DNA of 64,000 nt, taken from contig CBDCXV010000010.1 of the NCBI GenBank assembly GCA_965223905.1, forward strand, positions 1,568,001 to 1,632,000, read 5' to 3'. A model generated the notes under the pieces. That model worked only from the letters and a program-made list of their open reading frames with translations, was not told the DNA's origin and made no database searches. This DNA is from Candidatus Latescibacterota bacterium. GTDB taxonomy: Bacteria; Latescibacterota; UBA2968; UBA8231. Position numbers and translations under genes: made by a program. Positions 21,114 through 31,792 of the stretch are shown here, piece after piece. Each line of letters starts with the position of its first letter. The first letter of the stretch is position 1.

Positions 21114-21236
21114 TTCTGGTCCATATTTGGAGTTATTATCTCCAAATTGCGTCCTCCAGAGTAAAGAGGCAAGCTTTTTGGCCCCTTTTAGTGGACTTAA
21201 GCTGTGGCCGGCTGCCTATTTCACCTCGATGCATCA

Positions 21237-23228
21237 ATGAAAACGGACCCTGACCCTTCCAGGTGTGCAGCCGATTCCAGCCCCCTCCCCTCCGGCGAGG
21301 CGGAGAACCCGGGGTACGTGCGTCCGGCGCGAGCGCTGGTGGCCGGCTCGGCCATGAGCGCCGCGGTCGCCTTCTGGGGGCCCTACAACTGCCTGGTCGT
21401 GCGCGGCTCCTACATGACCATCGACTTCACCACCGCCGCGGCCATCTTCCTGGTCTTCGTCGCCGCCCTGTTCGTCAACGCCGCGCTCAGGCGCCTGCTC
21501 CCCGGCCTGTCGCTTTCCGCGGGAGAGCTGTCGATCACCTACCTGATGGCGGCCATCGCCTGCTCGATCTGCACCATGGGACTGACCCTGTACCTGGTCC
21601 CGATCCTGCCGGCGATCTCCTACCTGGCGACCCCGGAGAACGAGTGGGCCCAGGACATCCACCCCCATGTGCCGGACTGGCTGGTGCCGCAGGGAGAGGA
21701 GGCGATCCGCGCTTTCTACGAGGGGGTTGCCCAGGGCGAGCCGGTTCCCTGGATGATCTGGATCAAGCCCCTGCTGGGGTGGGTCCCCGTGCTGCTCGGG
21801 CTCTACCTGGTGATGATCTCCCTGGCGGTGCTGTTCCGCCGCCAGTGGATGGAGCACGAGCGCCTGGCCTATCCGCTGGCCCAATTGCCGCTGGTGATCT
21901 GCTCACAGGAGCCGGGCAGGGCGCTGAACGGTTTCCTCCGCAACCCGGTGATGTGGGCGGGGTTCGCCGTGCCCTTCCTCATCACCTCCATGAACGGACT
22001 GCACGCCTACCTCAACTTCATACCGGGAGTCAGCCTGTCGGCGGGCATCCCGGTTCTGCGCAACCTCGAGCACCTCTCCGTCAACGTCAGCTTTCCGATG
22101 ATGGGCTTCGCCTACCTGACGCCGCAGGAGGTGACCCTGAGCATCTGGCTGTTCTATCTGCTCGGGTACGCCCTCAGGGGGTACTTCACCTACATCGGCC
22201 TGTCGCGCCCCCTGCACCTCGACATCTACGGGCAGAGCGACGGCGGTCCGATCCTCGCCTACGTGCAGTTCGGGGCCCTGATGGCGCTCACGGGCTACAC
22301 CCTGTGGACGGCCAGGCAGTACCTGGGCCAGAGCTGGAGGGCGGCCGTCGACGGCGAAGGGAGCGGCAGCGGCGAGTTCTCCATGCGCAAGGTGTACGCG
22401 CAGCTGATCCTGGGACTGGTGCTGATGACGGGGTGGTTCATCGCCGCGGGGGTGCCCTGGTGGGCGTCGGCGACCTTCGTGCTGGTCGCCGCGGCCACCT
22501 TCCTCGGCATCACCCGCATCCTGTGCGAGTCGGGCCTGGCGGCCACCCGGGCCCAGCTGATCACCCCCACCGTCGTGCGCACCATCTACGGCACCGGCGC
22601 GCTGGGAGGGCCCGGGGCGGTGGGCGTGCTCGCTCTGGGACAGGTCTGGATGAGCGACGTGCGCACCTTCGTCATGGCCTCGGCGGCCAACGGCCTGAAG
22701 GTGACCGAGTCGGTCGCCCGCAAGGGGGTCGTCCTCTGGAGCATGATCATCGCGGTGCTTCTGGGGGTGGGGGTGTCGGTCTGGACGACCCTGTACTACG
22801 CGTACCAGTCCGGCGCCAACAACGCCAACTCCTGGTTCTTCCTGAGCGGGCCGCGCTACACCATCGACTTCGCGGCCAACTTCCTGCGCACCCCCGTAGA
22901 CCCCGACCTGGCCGGGATGGGACTGATGGGTCTGGGCGGGGCGATCATGCTCGGCCTCTACTGGGTGCGGGGCCACGTGCTGTCGTTCCCCGTCCACCCC
23001 ATGGGACTGGCCGTGTCGCAGATGATGCTGACCCGCCACATGTGGTTCAGCGTCTTCCTCGTCTGGCTCGTCAAGGCGGCGCTGATCCGCTACGGCGGAC
23101 CGAACCTGCTGCGGCGGGTGCGCCCCTTCTTCCTCGGCCTGATCCTCGGGCAGTTCGCCGCCATCGCCTTCTGGCTGGCGGTCGACCTGGTGACGGGCGC
23201 CCAGGGCCACGGTCTCTACTGGGTGTAG
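21237..23228 (+). CDS. DUF6785/DUF6784-type polytopic membrane protein (putative transporter)
   Basis: ATPENEW, RRQWMEHERLAYPL, PVHPMG and RPFFLGLILG motifs; many TM helices. Confidence 0.75.
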   Translation: MKTDPDPSRCAADSSPLPSGEAENPGYVRPARALVAGSAMSAAVAFWGPYNCLVVRGSYMTIDFTTAAAIFLVFVAALFVNAALRRLLPGLSLSAGELSITYLMAAIACSICTMGLTLYLVPILPAISYLATPENEWAQDIHPHVPDWLVPQGEEAIRAFYEGVAQGEPVPWMIWIKPLLGWVPVLLGLYLVMISLAVLFRRQWMEHERLAYPLAQLPLVICSQEPGRALNGFLRNPVMWAGFAVPFLITSMNGLHAYLNFIPGVSLSAGIPVLRNLEHLSVNVSFPMMGFAYLTPQEVTLSIWLFYLLGYALRGYFTYIGLSRPLHLDIYGQSDGGPILAYVQFGALMALTGYTLWTARQYLGQSWRAAVDGEGSGSGEFSMRKVYAQLILGLVLMTGWFIAAGVPWWASATFVLVAAATFLGITRILCESGLAATRAQLITPTVVRTIYGTGALGGPGAVGVLALGQVWMSDVRTFVMASAANGLKVTESVARKGVVLWSMIIAVLLGVGVSVWTTLYYAYQSGANNANSWFFLSGPRYTIDFAANFLRTPVDPDLAGMGLMGLGGAIMLGLYWVRGHVLSFPVHPMGLAVSQMMLTRHMWFSVFLVWLVKAALIRYGGPNLLRRVRPFFLGLILGQFAAIAFWLAVDLVTGAQGHGLYWV

Positions 23229-23513
23229 GGCCGGCCAAGGCGGGATTTCCTCCGTTGCCCGGGCCGGCCTCCGGCAACGACGAATACTTCACCTTGTCCG
23301 AGGGTCTGACATCGGGCGCATGGCAGCCGGGAGGTCGAGGTTGAGCAGCGAACTCGAGCACCGGGTTGCAGCTATGCCGGCAAGGGTCGGAAGACCTTGC
23401 CGAACTATCCGGAAGCGGCAAAGAGATACAGCCCGGGAAGCACCAGTCGCAGACCTCGGTGGGGGCGGGGGCCCCGCGACAGCAGCCTGGTCCGAATCTT
23501 GAGGAGGTGAGAA

Positions 23514-24287
23514 GTGTTCCGACTGTCGGTTTGTGAAGGCACCGTGTTGCGCGGTCTATCGTTCCTGGAGCGGGTACGCGCCATCGCCCGGGCCGGATTC
23601 GGGGTCGACCTGTGGGGCTGGGAGGAGAGCGCCATCGATGCGATTGCCGGGGATCCGGATATCGAAATCTGCGCCATGCCAGGCTGGGTCGGCGGCAGCA
23701 TGGTTCACCCGGACGGAGTCGAGGCCTACCTCGCCGGCGTGAAGGAGAACCTGGCCGTAGCCGAACGGTTCCGGTGCCGCAACCTGAGCATCACCACCGG
23801 CGCGCTCGACGCGCAGGGGCAAATGGCTCACGCCGTCGCCGGACATCCTGCCACGATGTGGATCACCGCGTACAAGTGCTTGGCCCGGATGGCGGAACTG
23901 GCCGAAAAGCACGGTGTCGTCTACAGCCTGGAACAGCTGAACACCAAGGTGGACCATGCCGGCTACCCCCTGAACCACACAGAAGACGTGGTGCGGCTGA
24001 TCGAACAGGTGGGAAGCCCGCGCATCCGGTTGTTGTGCGACATCTACCACATCCAAGTCGAGGAGGGGAACGTCGTCCAATCGATCCGCGACTACTGCGG
24101 ATACATCGGCTACGTGCACGTGGCGGACGTACCGGGCCGGCATGAACCCGGTACGGGGGAGATCGACTACCGGCGAATCGCGGAGGTGCTGCGCGAGGTG
24201 GGTTACGAAGGGGTGATCGGCATGGAGGCGTTTCCCGAAGCCGACGACCTCGGGGCCATGGGGCGTTTCCGCGACCTGTTCACCTGA
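23514..24287 (+). CDS. Hydroxypyruvate isomerase-family TIM barrel
   Basis: LEQLN..DHAGY, DIYHIQ and ADVPGRHEPGTGEI motifs. Confidence 0.85.
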   Translation: MFRLSVCEGTVLRGLSFLERVRAIARAGFGVDLWGWEESAIDAIAGDPDIEICAMPGWVGGSMVHPDGVEAYLAGVKENLAVAERFRCRNLSITTGALDAQGQMAHAVAGHPATMWITAYKCLARMAELAEKHGVVYSLEQLNTKVDHAGYPLNHTEDVVRLIEQVGSPRIRLLCDIYHIQVEEGNVVQSIRDYCGYIGYVHVADVPGRHEPGTGEIDYRRIAEVLREVGYEGVIGMEAFPEADDLGAMGRFRDLFT

Positions 24288-24386
24288 GAAAGTTCAGCGT
24301 GAACGGGGACGCTGATGGCGGCGCAATTCTACTATGGCGCCGGCATTCACGAGCCCGTCTCGACGTGAGGCACTGACCGCCCCCTT

Positions 24387-25109
24387 TCAGACAGGCTGAT
24401 AGGCGGAGGGCTCCAGCACGACGATGGAGGGGCGGCCCGGCCCCACCGCAGGCAGGGGAAACCCCACGGTGTGGTGACGCGGGTAGATGACGGGATCGCG
24501 GGGCCGGCGCTCGAGAAACGCGTCGACCGTGGTCATCCCCGCGGTGAGCGGCGGCAGGTTGTAGTGCATCGGCACGATCCATGCCGGCTTCAGGAAGTCG
24601 ATCATCGGATCGAGCTCCTCCAGCCGCAGGGTCAGATTCTCACCGACAAGGGCCAGCAACACGTCGCAACGGCCGGCGAAGGGGGCGAGCTCGTCTTCGC
24701 CGATCCCGTACCCCAGGTCGCCCATGTGCAGGAACCAGAGGCCGCCGGCCTTGAAAGCGTAGAGCGCGTTGTCGTCCGGGCCTTCAGGGTGGTGAGGTGC
24801 CTCGGCCGCCTGCACGGCAACCATCGGCTCTCCGTCGATGTGCACCTGGCGCCGGCCCTGGGCGACGTCGAGGGCGTCGATCACCCGGGGCTCCCCCTCG
24901 ACAGCCTGGACGTGTGAATGCCCCTCGTCCGTCAGCGAGCTGACAATGACTAAGTCCGCCTGCAGCCGGAAGTCGAGTACGGCGGGATCGGCTATTCCAC
25001 AGGCCGCGGAAACGACCTCGGGATTGTAGGGGTCCATGGCGATGGTAGGACCTTCGTCCCGCCTCAGATGAAAGCATGCGAGGCCAACCCACTGAAGATG
25101 CACGGCCAT
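24387..25109 (-). CDS. MBL-fold hydrolase (divergent metal motif)
   Basis: WVGLACF, MDPY, HMGDLG and VPMHY motifs. Confidence 0.75.
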   Translation of the reverse strand: MAVHLQWVGLACFHLRRDEGPTIAMDPYNPEVVSAACGIADPAVLDFRLQADLVIVSSLTDEGHSHVQAVEGEPRVIDALDVAQGRRQVHIDGEPMVAVQAAEAPHHPEGPDDNALYAFKAGGLWFLHMGDLGYGIGEDELAPFAGRCDVLLALVGENLTLRLEELDPMIDFLKPAWIVPMHYNLPPLTAGMTTVDAFLERRPRDPVIYPRHHTVGFPLPAVGPGRPSIVVLEPSAYQPV

Positions 25110-25113
25110 GCTG

Positions 25114-26124
25114 TCAGTCTCCCCCTTTCTGCGTCAGGCCGCCGGCCCCGTCGATGCCGGCGATCTCCCACCACTTGGCGCCGGACGGCCTCTCGATCAC
25201 GAGCGGCTTGAGAAACGACACCGATTTTTCCAGGCCCTCCTCCACCTCGAAGTACTCGCTTTCCATCTCGATCGAGATCGCGTGATCGTAGCCGAGGAGG
25301 CGCAGCGTTGAAATGAACTCGCGCCAGGCCGCTTCGTCATGGCCCCAGCCGGCCAGCGTATAGGTCCAGGAGCGGTCCGCGAACTGCTCGGAGGAGGTGC
25401 CGTCCATCATGCCGCGCACCCGGGCGTTGTGCCGGGAGACGAGGATGTCCTTGGCGTGGACGTGCTGGACCAGGGGACCCAGGAAATGCAGCGCCTCGAC
25501 CGGGTCGATTCCCTGGTACCACATGTGCGAAATGTCGAAGTTGCAGGCTGCGACAGGGCCGATCTCCTCGCGGAGCCGCTTCAGTGTCACCGGGTTGTGG
25601 ACCATGTCGCCGCCGTGCATCTCGAAGCAGAGCGTCACCCCGTGGTCCGCAGCGATCTTCCCGTGCTCGCGCCAGTACGGGAGCAGCCGCTTCTCCCACT
25701 GCCATTTGAGGGTATCGCGCAAAAAAGGCCACTCGGCGAAGGTCACCCAGTTGGGTGCGGTATCCCCCTCGGCCCCTTCGGGAAGGCCGGCAAGCAAGGT
25801 GATGCGCCGGAGGCCGGCCAGCTCCATGAGCTCGCAGGTCTGCCGGAACTCGCGGGAGTAATTCCCGGCGACCGCTTTGTCGGGCATGAGCGGCGCCCCG
25901 TGTCCCCCGAGCGCGCTGATCTCGAGGTCATGGCGGGCGAAGGCGTCGAGCCAGCGGTCGATCTCTCCCCTGTCGGCGAGGAGCTTCGCGAGATCGCAGT
26001 ACCCCCGGCCCCAAAGTCCGCAGGCACCCACCTCTATTGCCTGGAATCCCATGTCCCCGGCGTACTGCAGACCTTCCTCGAACTCGAACTGCTCCAGGTT
26101 CTGTGAAATCACGCCGAGTTTCAT
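25114..26124 (-). CDS. Sugar phosphate isomerase/epimerase
   Basis: FEMHG, NFDISH, HVHAKD and SIE motifs. Confidence 0.85.
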   Translation of the reverse strand: MKLGVISQNLEQFEFEEGLQYAGDMGFQAIEVGACGLWGRGYCDLAKLLADRGEIDRWLDAFARHDLEISALGGHGAPLMPDKAVAGNYSREFRQTCELMELAGLRRITLLAGLPEGAEGDTAPNWVTFAEWPFLRDTLKWQWEKRLLPYWREHGKIAADHGVTLCFEMHGGDMVHNPVTLKRLREEIGPVAACNFDISHMWYQGIDPVEALHFLGPLVQHVHAKDILVSRHNARVRGMMDGTSSEQFADRSWTYTLAGWGHDEAAWREFISTLRLLGYDHAISIEMESEYFEVEEGLEKSVSFLKPLVIERPSGAKWWEIAGIDGAGGLTQKGGD

Positions 26125-26235
26125 CCCTCACCTTTCGAGTGACAGTCGACGACGAAATGTGTCAGGACCGGAAATCGACCTGTCCTCGGTTGGCCTTGTC
26201 CATGTCTCCCATGCCCCCGCTCACACCGCCGCCGG

Positions 26236-27036
26236 TCAGCAGGTCCCGAGCGCGTCCTGAAATCGAGACAGCGTTTGCGTCAGGGCCTGGCGTTTGAGGA
26301 CCAGGTCGACCCCGACGAAGAAGACCCGGACGCCGAGGTCGCGGTAGTACCCCGCCTCTTCGATGCTGAATGCGCCGGCCGTGGTGATCTTGCCGGCCGC
26401 GGCCGCGGCTCGGAACACCCGCTCGATCTTCGGGGCCTGGAGCGCCTTGGCCTCGTCACCGAAGAGCCCGAGACCGACGGCCCAGTCCATCGGGCCGACG
26501 GTGACTATGTCGATGCCTTCGACCGCCAGGATCCCGTCCAGTGCTTCGCAGGCCTCGTCGCTCTCGATCATCACCATCAGATGGGTGGCGTCATTGGCCT
26601 CGCGCAGTCTCTGCCGCGGGTCCGGACCCATGGTGAAGTCCGTGCCGGCGCTGGAGCTGGAGACGCCGCGCTGCCCCAGGGGTGGGTACTTGCCCAGCTC
26701 GACGAAGCGGGCAGCCTCGCCGGCGTTGCGCACGTCGGGCAGTGCCAGGACCTGTATGCCCCCGTCGAGCAGGCGCTGCACCTGGGTGCGCGACAGCTCC
26801 GGCATGCGCACGAGCGGCACCATGCCGAGGTGGGTGATGGTCCGGCCCAGCCGCAGGGTCTCCGCCGTGGACTGGGGGCCGTGCTCCATGTCGAGCCAGA
26901 CGACGTGGTAGCCGGCCTGCGCCATCAACTCGATATCGGTGAGGGTGGCGTCGCGGCAGATCACTCCGTACAGGGCCTCGTGTTGGTCCAGCAATTCTCC
27001 GAGGCGGTCGTTCAGGGGCTGAGGCTCGTTCTCCAT
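26236..27036 (-). CDS. HpcH/HpaI aldolase
   Basis: WLDMEHG, YPPLGQRG, MIES and VGPMD motifs. Confidence 0.9.
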   Translation of the reverse strand: MENEPQPLNDRLGELLDQHEALYGVICRDATLTDIELMAQAGYHVVWLDMEHGPQSTAETLRLGRTITHLGMVPLVRMPELSRTQVQRLLDGGIQVLALPDVRNAGEAARFVELGKYPPLGQRGVSSSSAGTDFTMGPDPRQRLREANDATHLMVMIESDEACEALDGILAVEGIDIVTVGPMDWAVGLGLFGDEAKALQAPKIERVFRAAAAAGKITTAGAFSIEEAGYYRDLGVRVFFVGVDLVLKRQALTQTLSRFQDALGTC

Positions 27037-27132
27037 TGGTGTTCCCTTTATCCAGCGTGGTTAACAAGGTCTGCTATCGGGCGGCCAACCTGCCATATGC
27101 CACGGATCGCGCCGGCCATCCGGTGGAAACCG

Positions 27133-28383
27133 TCAGGGTCCCAGCGCGCCGATGGGGATCACTCCCACGTCCCCGGTTCCGGCGGTACCGTACCCATTCG
27201 GCACGATCACCGCGAGGGCTGACGGCCTGTCGCGGTCGCTGTGCTCCATCCGGCCGGCCAGCTTGCGAAGGTTCTTCGCGCCTTCTTCCACCCAGCGTTC
27301 GCCCAGCTTGATCTCGAACGCCGCCCAGCGCCCATCCGCGGCCTCGACAATGGCGTCCACTTCCAGCCCCTCCTTTTCCCGGTAGTGGAACACCTGCGCG
27401 TCTGCGGCCTGGGCGTACACTCGCAGGTCGCGGATGACCATGGACTCGAACAGAAGACCGAGGAACTCCAGGTCGGCCGTCAGGCGGGCGGGCGTGGCTC
27501 GCAACGCCGCAACGGCCAGCGAAGGATCGACGAAGTGCCTGACGGGCGCTTCCCGAAGGGTCGTGCGGGATCGCAGGTGAGGCGACCATGCCGGCTGGTT
27601 TTCCACCACCATGAGCCGGTCCAGGGCGTCGAGGTACGCGGCAACCGTGTCCGCCTTCAGGGGGGCGCTGTTGTCGCCGACCTCGGCGGTCAGCTTCGAC
27701 ATGGCCACCGGTGTAGCAGTGTTGCGCGCCAGCGACCGCAGCAGGCGTTCCACCTTGACCGGATCCCGTGTTTTTCCGCTGACCGTCGATACGTCGGTGC
27801 GGCGTATTTCGTCGAGGTAGGCGCGATTCGCGCGCAAGGTCTGCGGCAGGGCCTTGCCGATGTTGGCCGGCCAGCCGCCGGCGCATACAAGCTCGGCGAC
27901 GGTCGCGATCGGCAGCTCGGATTGCTTCGCCCGCTGTTCGGAGCCGTCCAGGAGCCGCTGCAGGGAGAGCTCCCCGGTGGATTGTCCGGTCTCGTACAGC
28001 GACATCGGGCGCATGCGCAGCCGGGCGAAACGGCCGGCGCCGGTGTGGCGGGTGATGTCGTCGGCGGGAACCGCCGAACCGGTGAGAATGAACTGGCCCG
28101 GTCCCGAGCGCCGGTCGACGGTCCTGCGCACATGGTTCCAGATAGCGGGTTCGAGTTGCCACTCGTCAATCAGTCGCGGTGTGTCTCCGTCCAATACGGC
28201 CGCCGGATCCGCGCCGATCATGCGGCGGGCGTTGTCGTCGACGTCCAGCAGCACCTCGCTTCGAGCCGCCTGCATCGCGGTAGCCGTCTTCCCGGATGCC
28301 TTGGGCCCTTCCACAAGGACCGCACCGGTGACTCCAAGCAGCTCCGCAAGTTCGGCATCGACGATTCGTGGCAGGTATGTCAT
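27133..28383 (-). CDS. AAA_14 ATPase with DUF4143 domain
   Basis: MTYLPRIVD start; GPKASGKT, LIDEWQ, LTGS, HFVDPSL, EVD and FEIKLG motifs. Confidence 0.9.
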   Translation of the reverse strand: MTYLPRIVDAELAELLGVTGAVLVEGPKASGKTATAMQAARSEVLLDVDDNARRMIGADPAAVLDGDTPRLIDEWQLEPAIWNHVRRTVDRRSGPGQFILTGSAVPADDITRHTGAGRFARLRMRPMSLYETGQSTGELSLQRLLDGSEQRAKQSELPIATVAELVCAGGWPANIGKALPQTLRANRAYLDEIRRTDVSTVSGKTRDPVKVERLLRSLARNTATPVAMSKLTAEVGDNSAPLKADTVAAYLDALDRLMVVENQPAWSPHLRSRTTLREAPVRHFVDPSLAVAALRATPARLTADLEFLGLLFESMVIRDLRVYAQAADAQVFHYREKEGLEVDAIVEAADGRWAAFEIKLGERWVEEGAKNLRKLAGRMEHSDRDRPSALAVIVPNGYGTAGTGDVGVIPIGALGP

Positions 28384-28414
28384 GGGTTTGCCGGCAAGCA
28401 AGGCGTTCGGGAGT

Positions 28415-28443
28415 ACAGTAGCCCGGCCAAGCTCGCAACGCAA
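28415..28443 (-). promoter_or_regulatory. Putative sigma70 promoter TTGCGT-17-TACTGT
   Basis: Correct spacing; about 30 bp upstream of ATG 28383 and directly downstream of the repeat array. Confidence 0.45.
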
Positions 28444-28452
28444 GCCCCAACG

Positions 28453-28533
28453 GGTGATTCGGCGGGTTATCAGCAGGTGATTCGGCGGAGGATCAGAGGG
28501 TGATTCGGCGGATGGCTAGCGGGTGATTCGGCG
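28453..28533. repeat. 4 x GGTGATTCGGCG at an exact 23-bp period
   Basis: Copies start at 28453, 28476, 28499 and 28522. Confidence 0.95.
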
Positions 28534-28925
28534 TTCCAGGGACGACATTCGCTCCGCTTCCAACACGCCGCCGTAGACATTGCGGAACACATGCCGAAAC
28601 CGAAGGTACTCGCCGAGCGTCCTGGCAAGATCCCGGTCGATAACAGCCGGTCGGACCTCGGGGATGTCGAGCGTCATGTCATCGACCAGGTCCCGGTGCC
28701 ACTGGTCCCCTCGCGGAACACCGCCGTTGAGCTCGCGCGCGATGCGCAGAAAGACGCGTTCAACGCCGTTGTAGAAATCGTGCAGAATCGAGCCGCGAGC
28801 CCGCAGGGAATAGATGTCGTCCTGTTGTGGGGCATTGGGAGTTCCTCGCCCAAAGTGGACAGGCTCGCAAGCTCGGATTCGATTTCTGCGGCGAGCCGTC
28901 TGGCCAATACCTCTTTCAGCTTCAC
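28516..28925 (-). pseudogene. HepT-like HEPN ribonuclease toxin, frameshifted and 3' shortened
   Basis: Second frame reads LHDFYNGVERVF...WHRDL...YLRFRHVFRNVY; the N-terminus is in another frame. Confidence 0.75.
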
Positions 28926-29329
28926 AGCTCGACCCTGCTTTCGCTTACGACGCGACGAAGGGAGGTTGTGGCCACTTCCAGGGCGGTCAGGTAAACGGGG
29001 AAATCGGTATTGCCAGCTGCCTCATCCAATGGGAAATGGGTACCCGGATGTGGGGTGAGCAGGGTGATCCGGTCCACACCTTAGGAAATATGGTTTTGAC
29101 CATTTATCGGCACTAAGGCTTGATTTCTTATGTAATCTCGGAGACTCGCATCTCTGTTGAGGACTTTGGTAAGTCTTCTTTTTTGAGTTCTAAATAACTT
29201 CTTCACCCGGTCGGTTGTGCTGCTGTCTGTCCTACCGGGCGCAATGGCGGAACGGGGGCGTTCAGGCCCGTCTGCGAACCGGCTGCAGGGTTTCCTGCCG
29301 TGGGGTTTCCGGGTCCTCTTTGCCGGACA

Positions 29330-29630
29330 ATCCACCTGCGAAACCGGCCATAACTCGGAGGCGCTGCGCTATTTGCGCAACGAGGAGGAACTGGGCGGTC
29401 GGCTCGCCAACCGCGGCGACATCTACCTGGCGGCCGGACTCGTCGCCCTGGGGCGGGTGGCGGAGGGGAAGGAGCGGCTGCGCAGCATCTACGGCCAACT
29501 CGTGGCCAACGGCCAGGGCCGGAGTTGGTTCGGCAAGCTCTCCGCCTTTGACGCGATCCGCGGAGACGCGGACATGGTCGAGCTGGTCGATGAGTGGGAA
29601 CGGGCCGAGCGCGTTGGCGCGCCAGCGTGA
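29330..29630 (+). pseudogene. 3' fragment of an unknown helical protein
   Basis: GC-rich coding-like tail abutting unrelated AT-rich DNA. Confidence 0.35.
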
Positions 29631-29643
29631 GCGCCCCCCCTGC

Positions 29644-30490
29644 TCAGACGACTCCCCACTTCACTCGCCCCAGCTCGCGCGACCGCTCCTGATCGTACGC
29701 CGGATCGACTTCGAATTCGCGATCCAGCCACAACACCTCCCGCTGCTCGGGGCTCAGCGAATCGAGAAGCTCCTGCGTCAGGTAGTCCCCCCAGGTGAAG
29801 CGGTGGTTGTCGATCGTGTGCGGATGGAACAGCCAGTGGCTCATGTACCGGCACTCGCTGGTGCGGTTGAGCCAGGTCGAGTGAAGCAGCCACGCATGGC
29901 GCACGATCATCTGGTGAGGTTCCACCTCCAGGGAAATCTCCTCGTCGAGCTCGACGTCCTCCCAGCCGTCCTCATTAGGCGAAACCGGAGTTCCCCGCTC
30001 GTCCCTGAGCCTGGCGACCTTCTCCTCGAGTGAAGTGCGCGGCCCGGTGTGACTGCCCGGGACGATGCGCAGACACCCGTTCGCGCGCGACGCCCCGGAG
30101 AAGTAATGCATGAACTCCGCCCATCCCCGGACCGTGGTCGATGTGCCACCACACCGAGCGGTTCGGGGCCTGCTCGTTGATTCCCCCGTTGCGCAGGTAG
30201 ATATCGCCGACCCCGTTCAGTTGGCGGCCGAGCTCGATGATTTCCGGGTGCAGGATGATCTTCAGGAACGGCAGGGAGTGATCGAGAGAGCACCAGTACG
30301 AGTCATCCACCTGCGGCCGCAGGTAGAAGTGATTCCTCTTGCCGCCGTCCGCGGGCCCCTCCGATGGATCCTGGGAAGTCTGTTCGACCGCGGCCATGCA
30401 TTCCTCGGTGAGTCTCTCGGGGAACGGACAGTCGAAGATGACGTATCCGTGAGTGCGGTACTGCTCCAGTTGTTGCTCGCTGAATTTCAT
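29644..30490 (-). pseudogene. Phytanoyl-CoA dioxygenase (PhyH) family, frameshift near 30120
   Basis: EQYRTHGY...WHID in one frame and NGCLRIVPGSH...LLHS in the next. Confidence 0.8.
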
Positions 30491-30612
30491 GCTGGTTTCC
30501 TCACAGGAGAATCCGCTCTCATTGGCCAAACCGAACTCCTGCCTGACGAGTGGCTAAGTTTTCAATCCTTCCCAGGACAGGACCCAGCTCCTCAGCTGGC
30601 GATTATCATTCC

Positions 30613-31612
30613 TTATCTGACGACGACCATTTTGCGCACGTGGACGACCCGCCCGGCCTGCAACCGGTACAAATACACGCCACTTGCGACGGGCTCACCA
30701 CGATGGTCGCGGCCATCCCAGTAGGCGGCATCGGCAGTCGTCAGGTACTGACCCGCCGCCCGGTAGCCCAGATCCATTTCCCGGACCAAAGCCCCCCGAA
30801 CGTCGTAGATGCTCAGGCGAATCAGAGCTGGAACGTGAAGTTGATAGGGGATATAGGTATCTGGGTTAAAGGGATTTGGGAAGTTGGCCAGCAGCACTGT
30901 ATGGGTTGGCACCGGCGGCGAAGCCTGAATCGCAGTCGGACTGGAGGGGGTGAAGTATTGCTTCATATCCCACAACAGAATCGTGTCGTCGCTGCTGCCA
31001 CTGACCAAAGTATGACCATCAGGCGAAAAAGAAGCCGAATAAATCCGGTTCTTATGCCCTTCGAGGTTCCCCCGGGGTTGTCCGTTCACTAAATCCCACA
31101 ACCGAATCTTCTCCCAATTGCTACTTGCCAGGGTGGACCCATCCGGAGAAAGGGACACGGAATGGATTTCGCCATTCATGATCTGCGAGGGTCGTCTTGA
31201 GTTTGCCGCTGACCACATCCCACAATTGGATATTCCCTATTTCACTGACACGAGCCAAGGTGAACCCATCAGGCGAAAAGGACAAAGAATTTAAAAACTC
31301 CCTGTAATATCCATTTACGAGTCTTGGGATGTCATCTGGGGGTGGGCTGATTGGGTCCGTGTGTGCTTCTGCGAGCAAGGCAATTTCGCTGCCGGTTTCA
31401 GCATCGTATAGCCAGACACCGACGCCACTGTTCACTGCCAGCAGCGTGCCATCGGGCGAATACAAAATTTGACCGATCCGGCCTTTACCCAAGCGGGCGA
31501 GGGAACCTTCTGGCAAACCCCATCGGGTATATTTCTGGGCGAAGCTATCCTGCGTGAACAAGACATAGACAAAAACCAGAGCGGCATTGAACAACCAAGG
31601 CTTTTTTTTCAT
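30613..31612 (-). pseudogene. WD40-repeat secreted protein with FlgD/T9SS-like C-terminal domain, frameshifted
   Basis: LPEGSLARLGKG, SPDG..LA..LWD repeats, LLANFPNPFNP and WDGRD..GE.VASGVY; frame break near 31180. Confidence 0.8.
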
Positions 31613-31792
31613 CTGCACGCTCCATTTGGGGAACATGGCAACATCGCAGAAAAACCGTTGCTGATTGACTGGGCGTCTTAAGTAATTGTTATAGCGCAAT
31701 TCAGGTGCGTATGTGTATATTTTACAGTAAGTTGCTTTCTTTTTCCGCATCCCCTGCGGCGCGCTCCCCTGATTTCAGAAAGAAGGGGAGCG

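Noticed and set aside
28453-28533. Mini-CRISPR interpretation of the 12-bp repeats
   Set aside because: Repeats (12 bp) and spacers (11 bp) are far too short, and no cas genes are present in the window.
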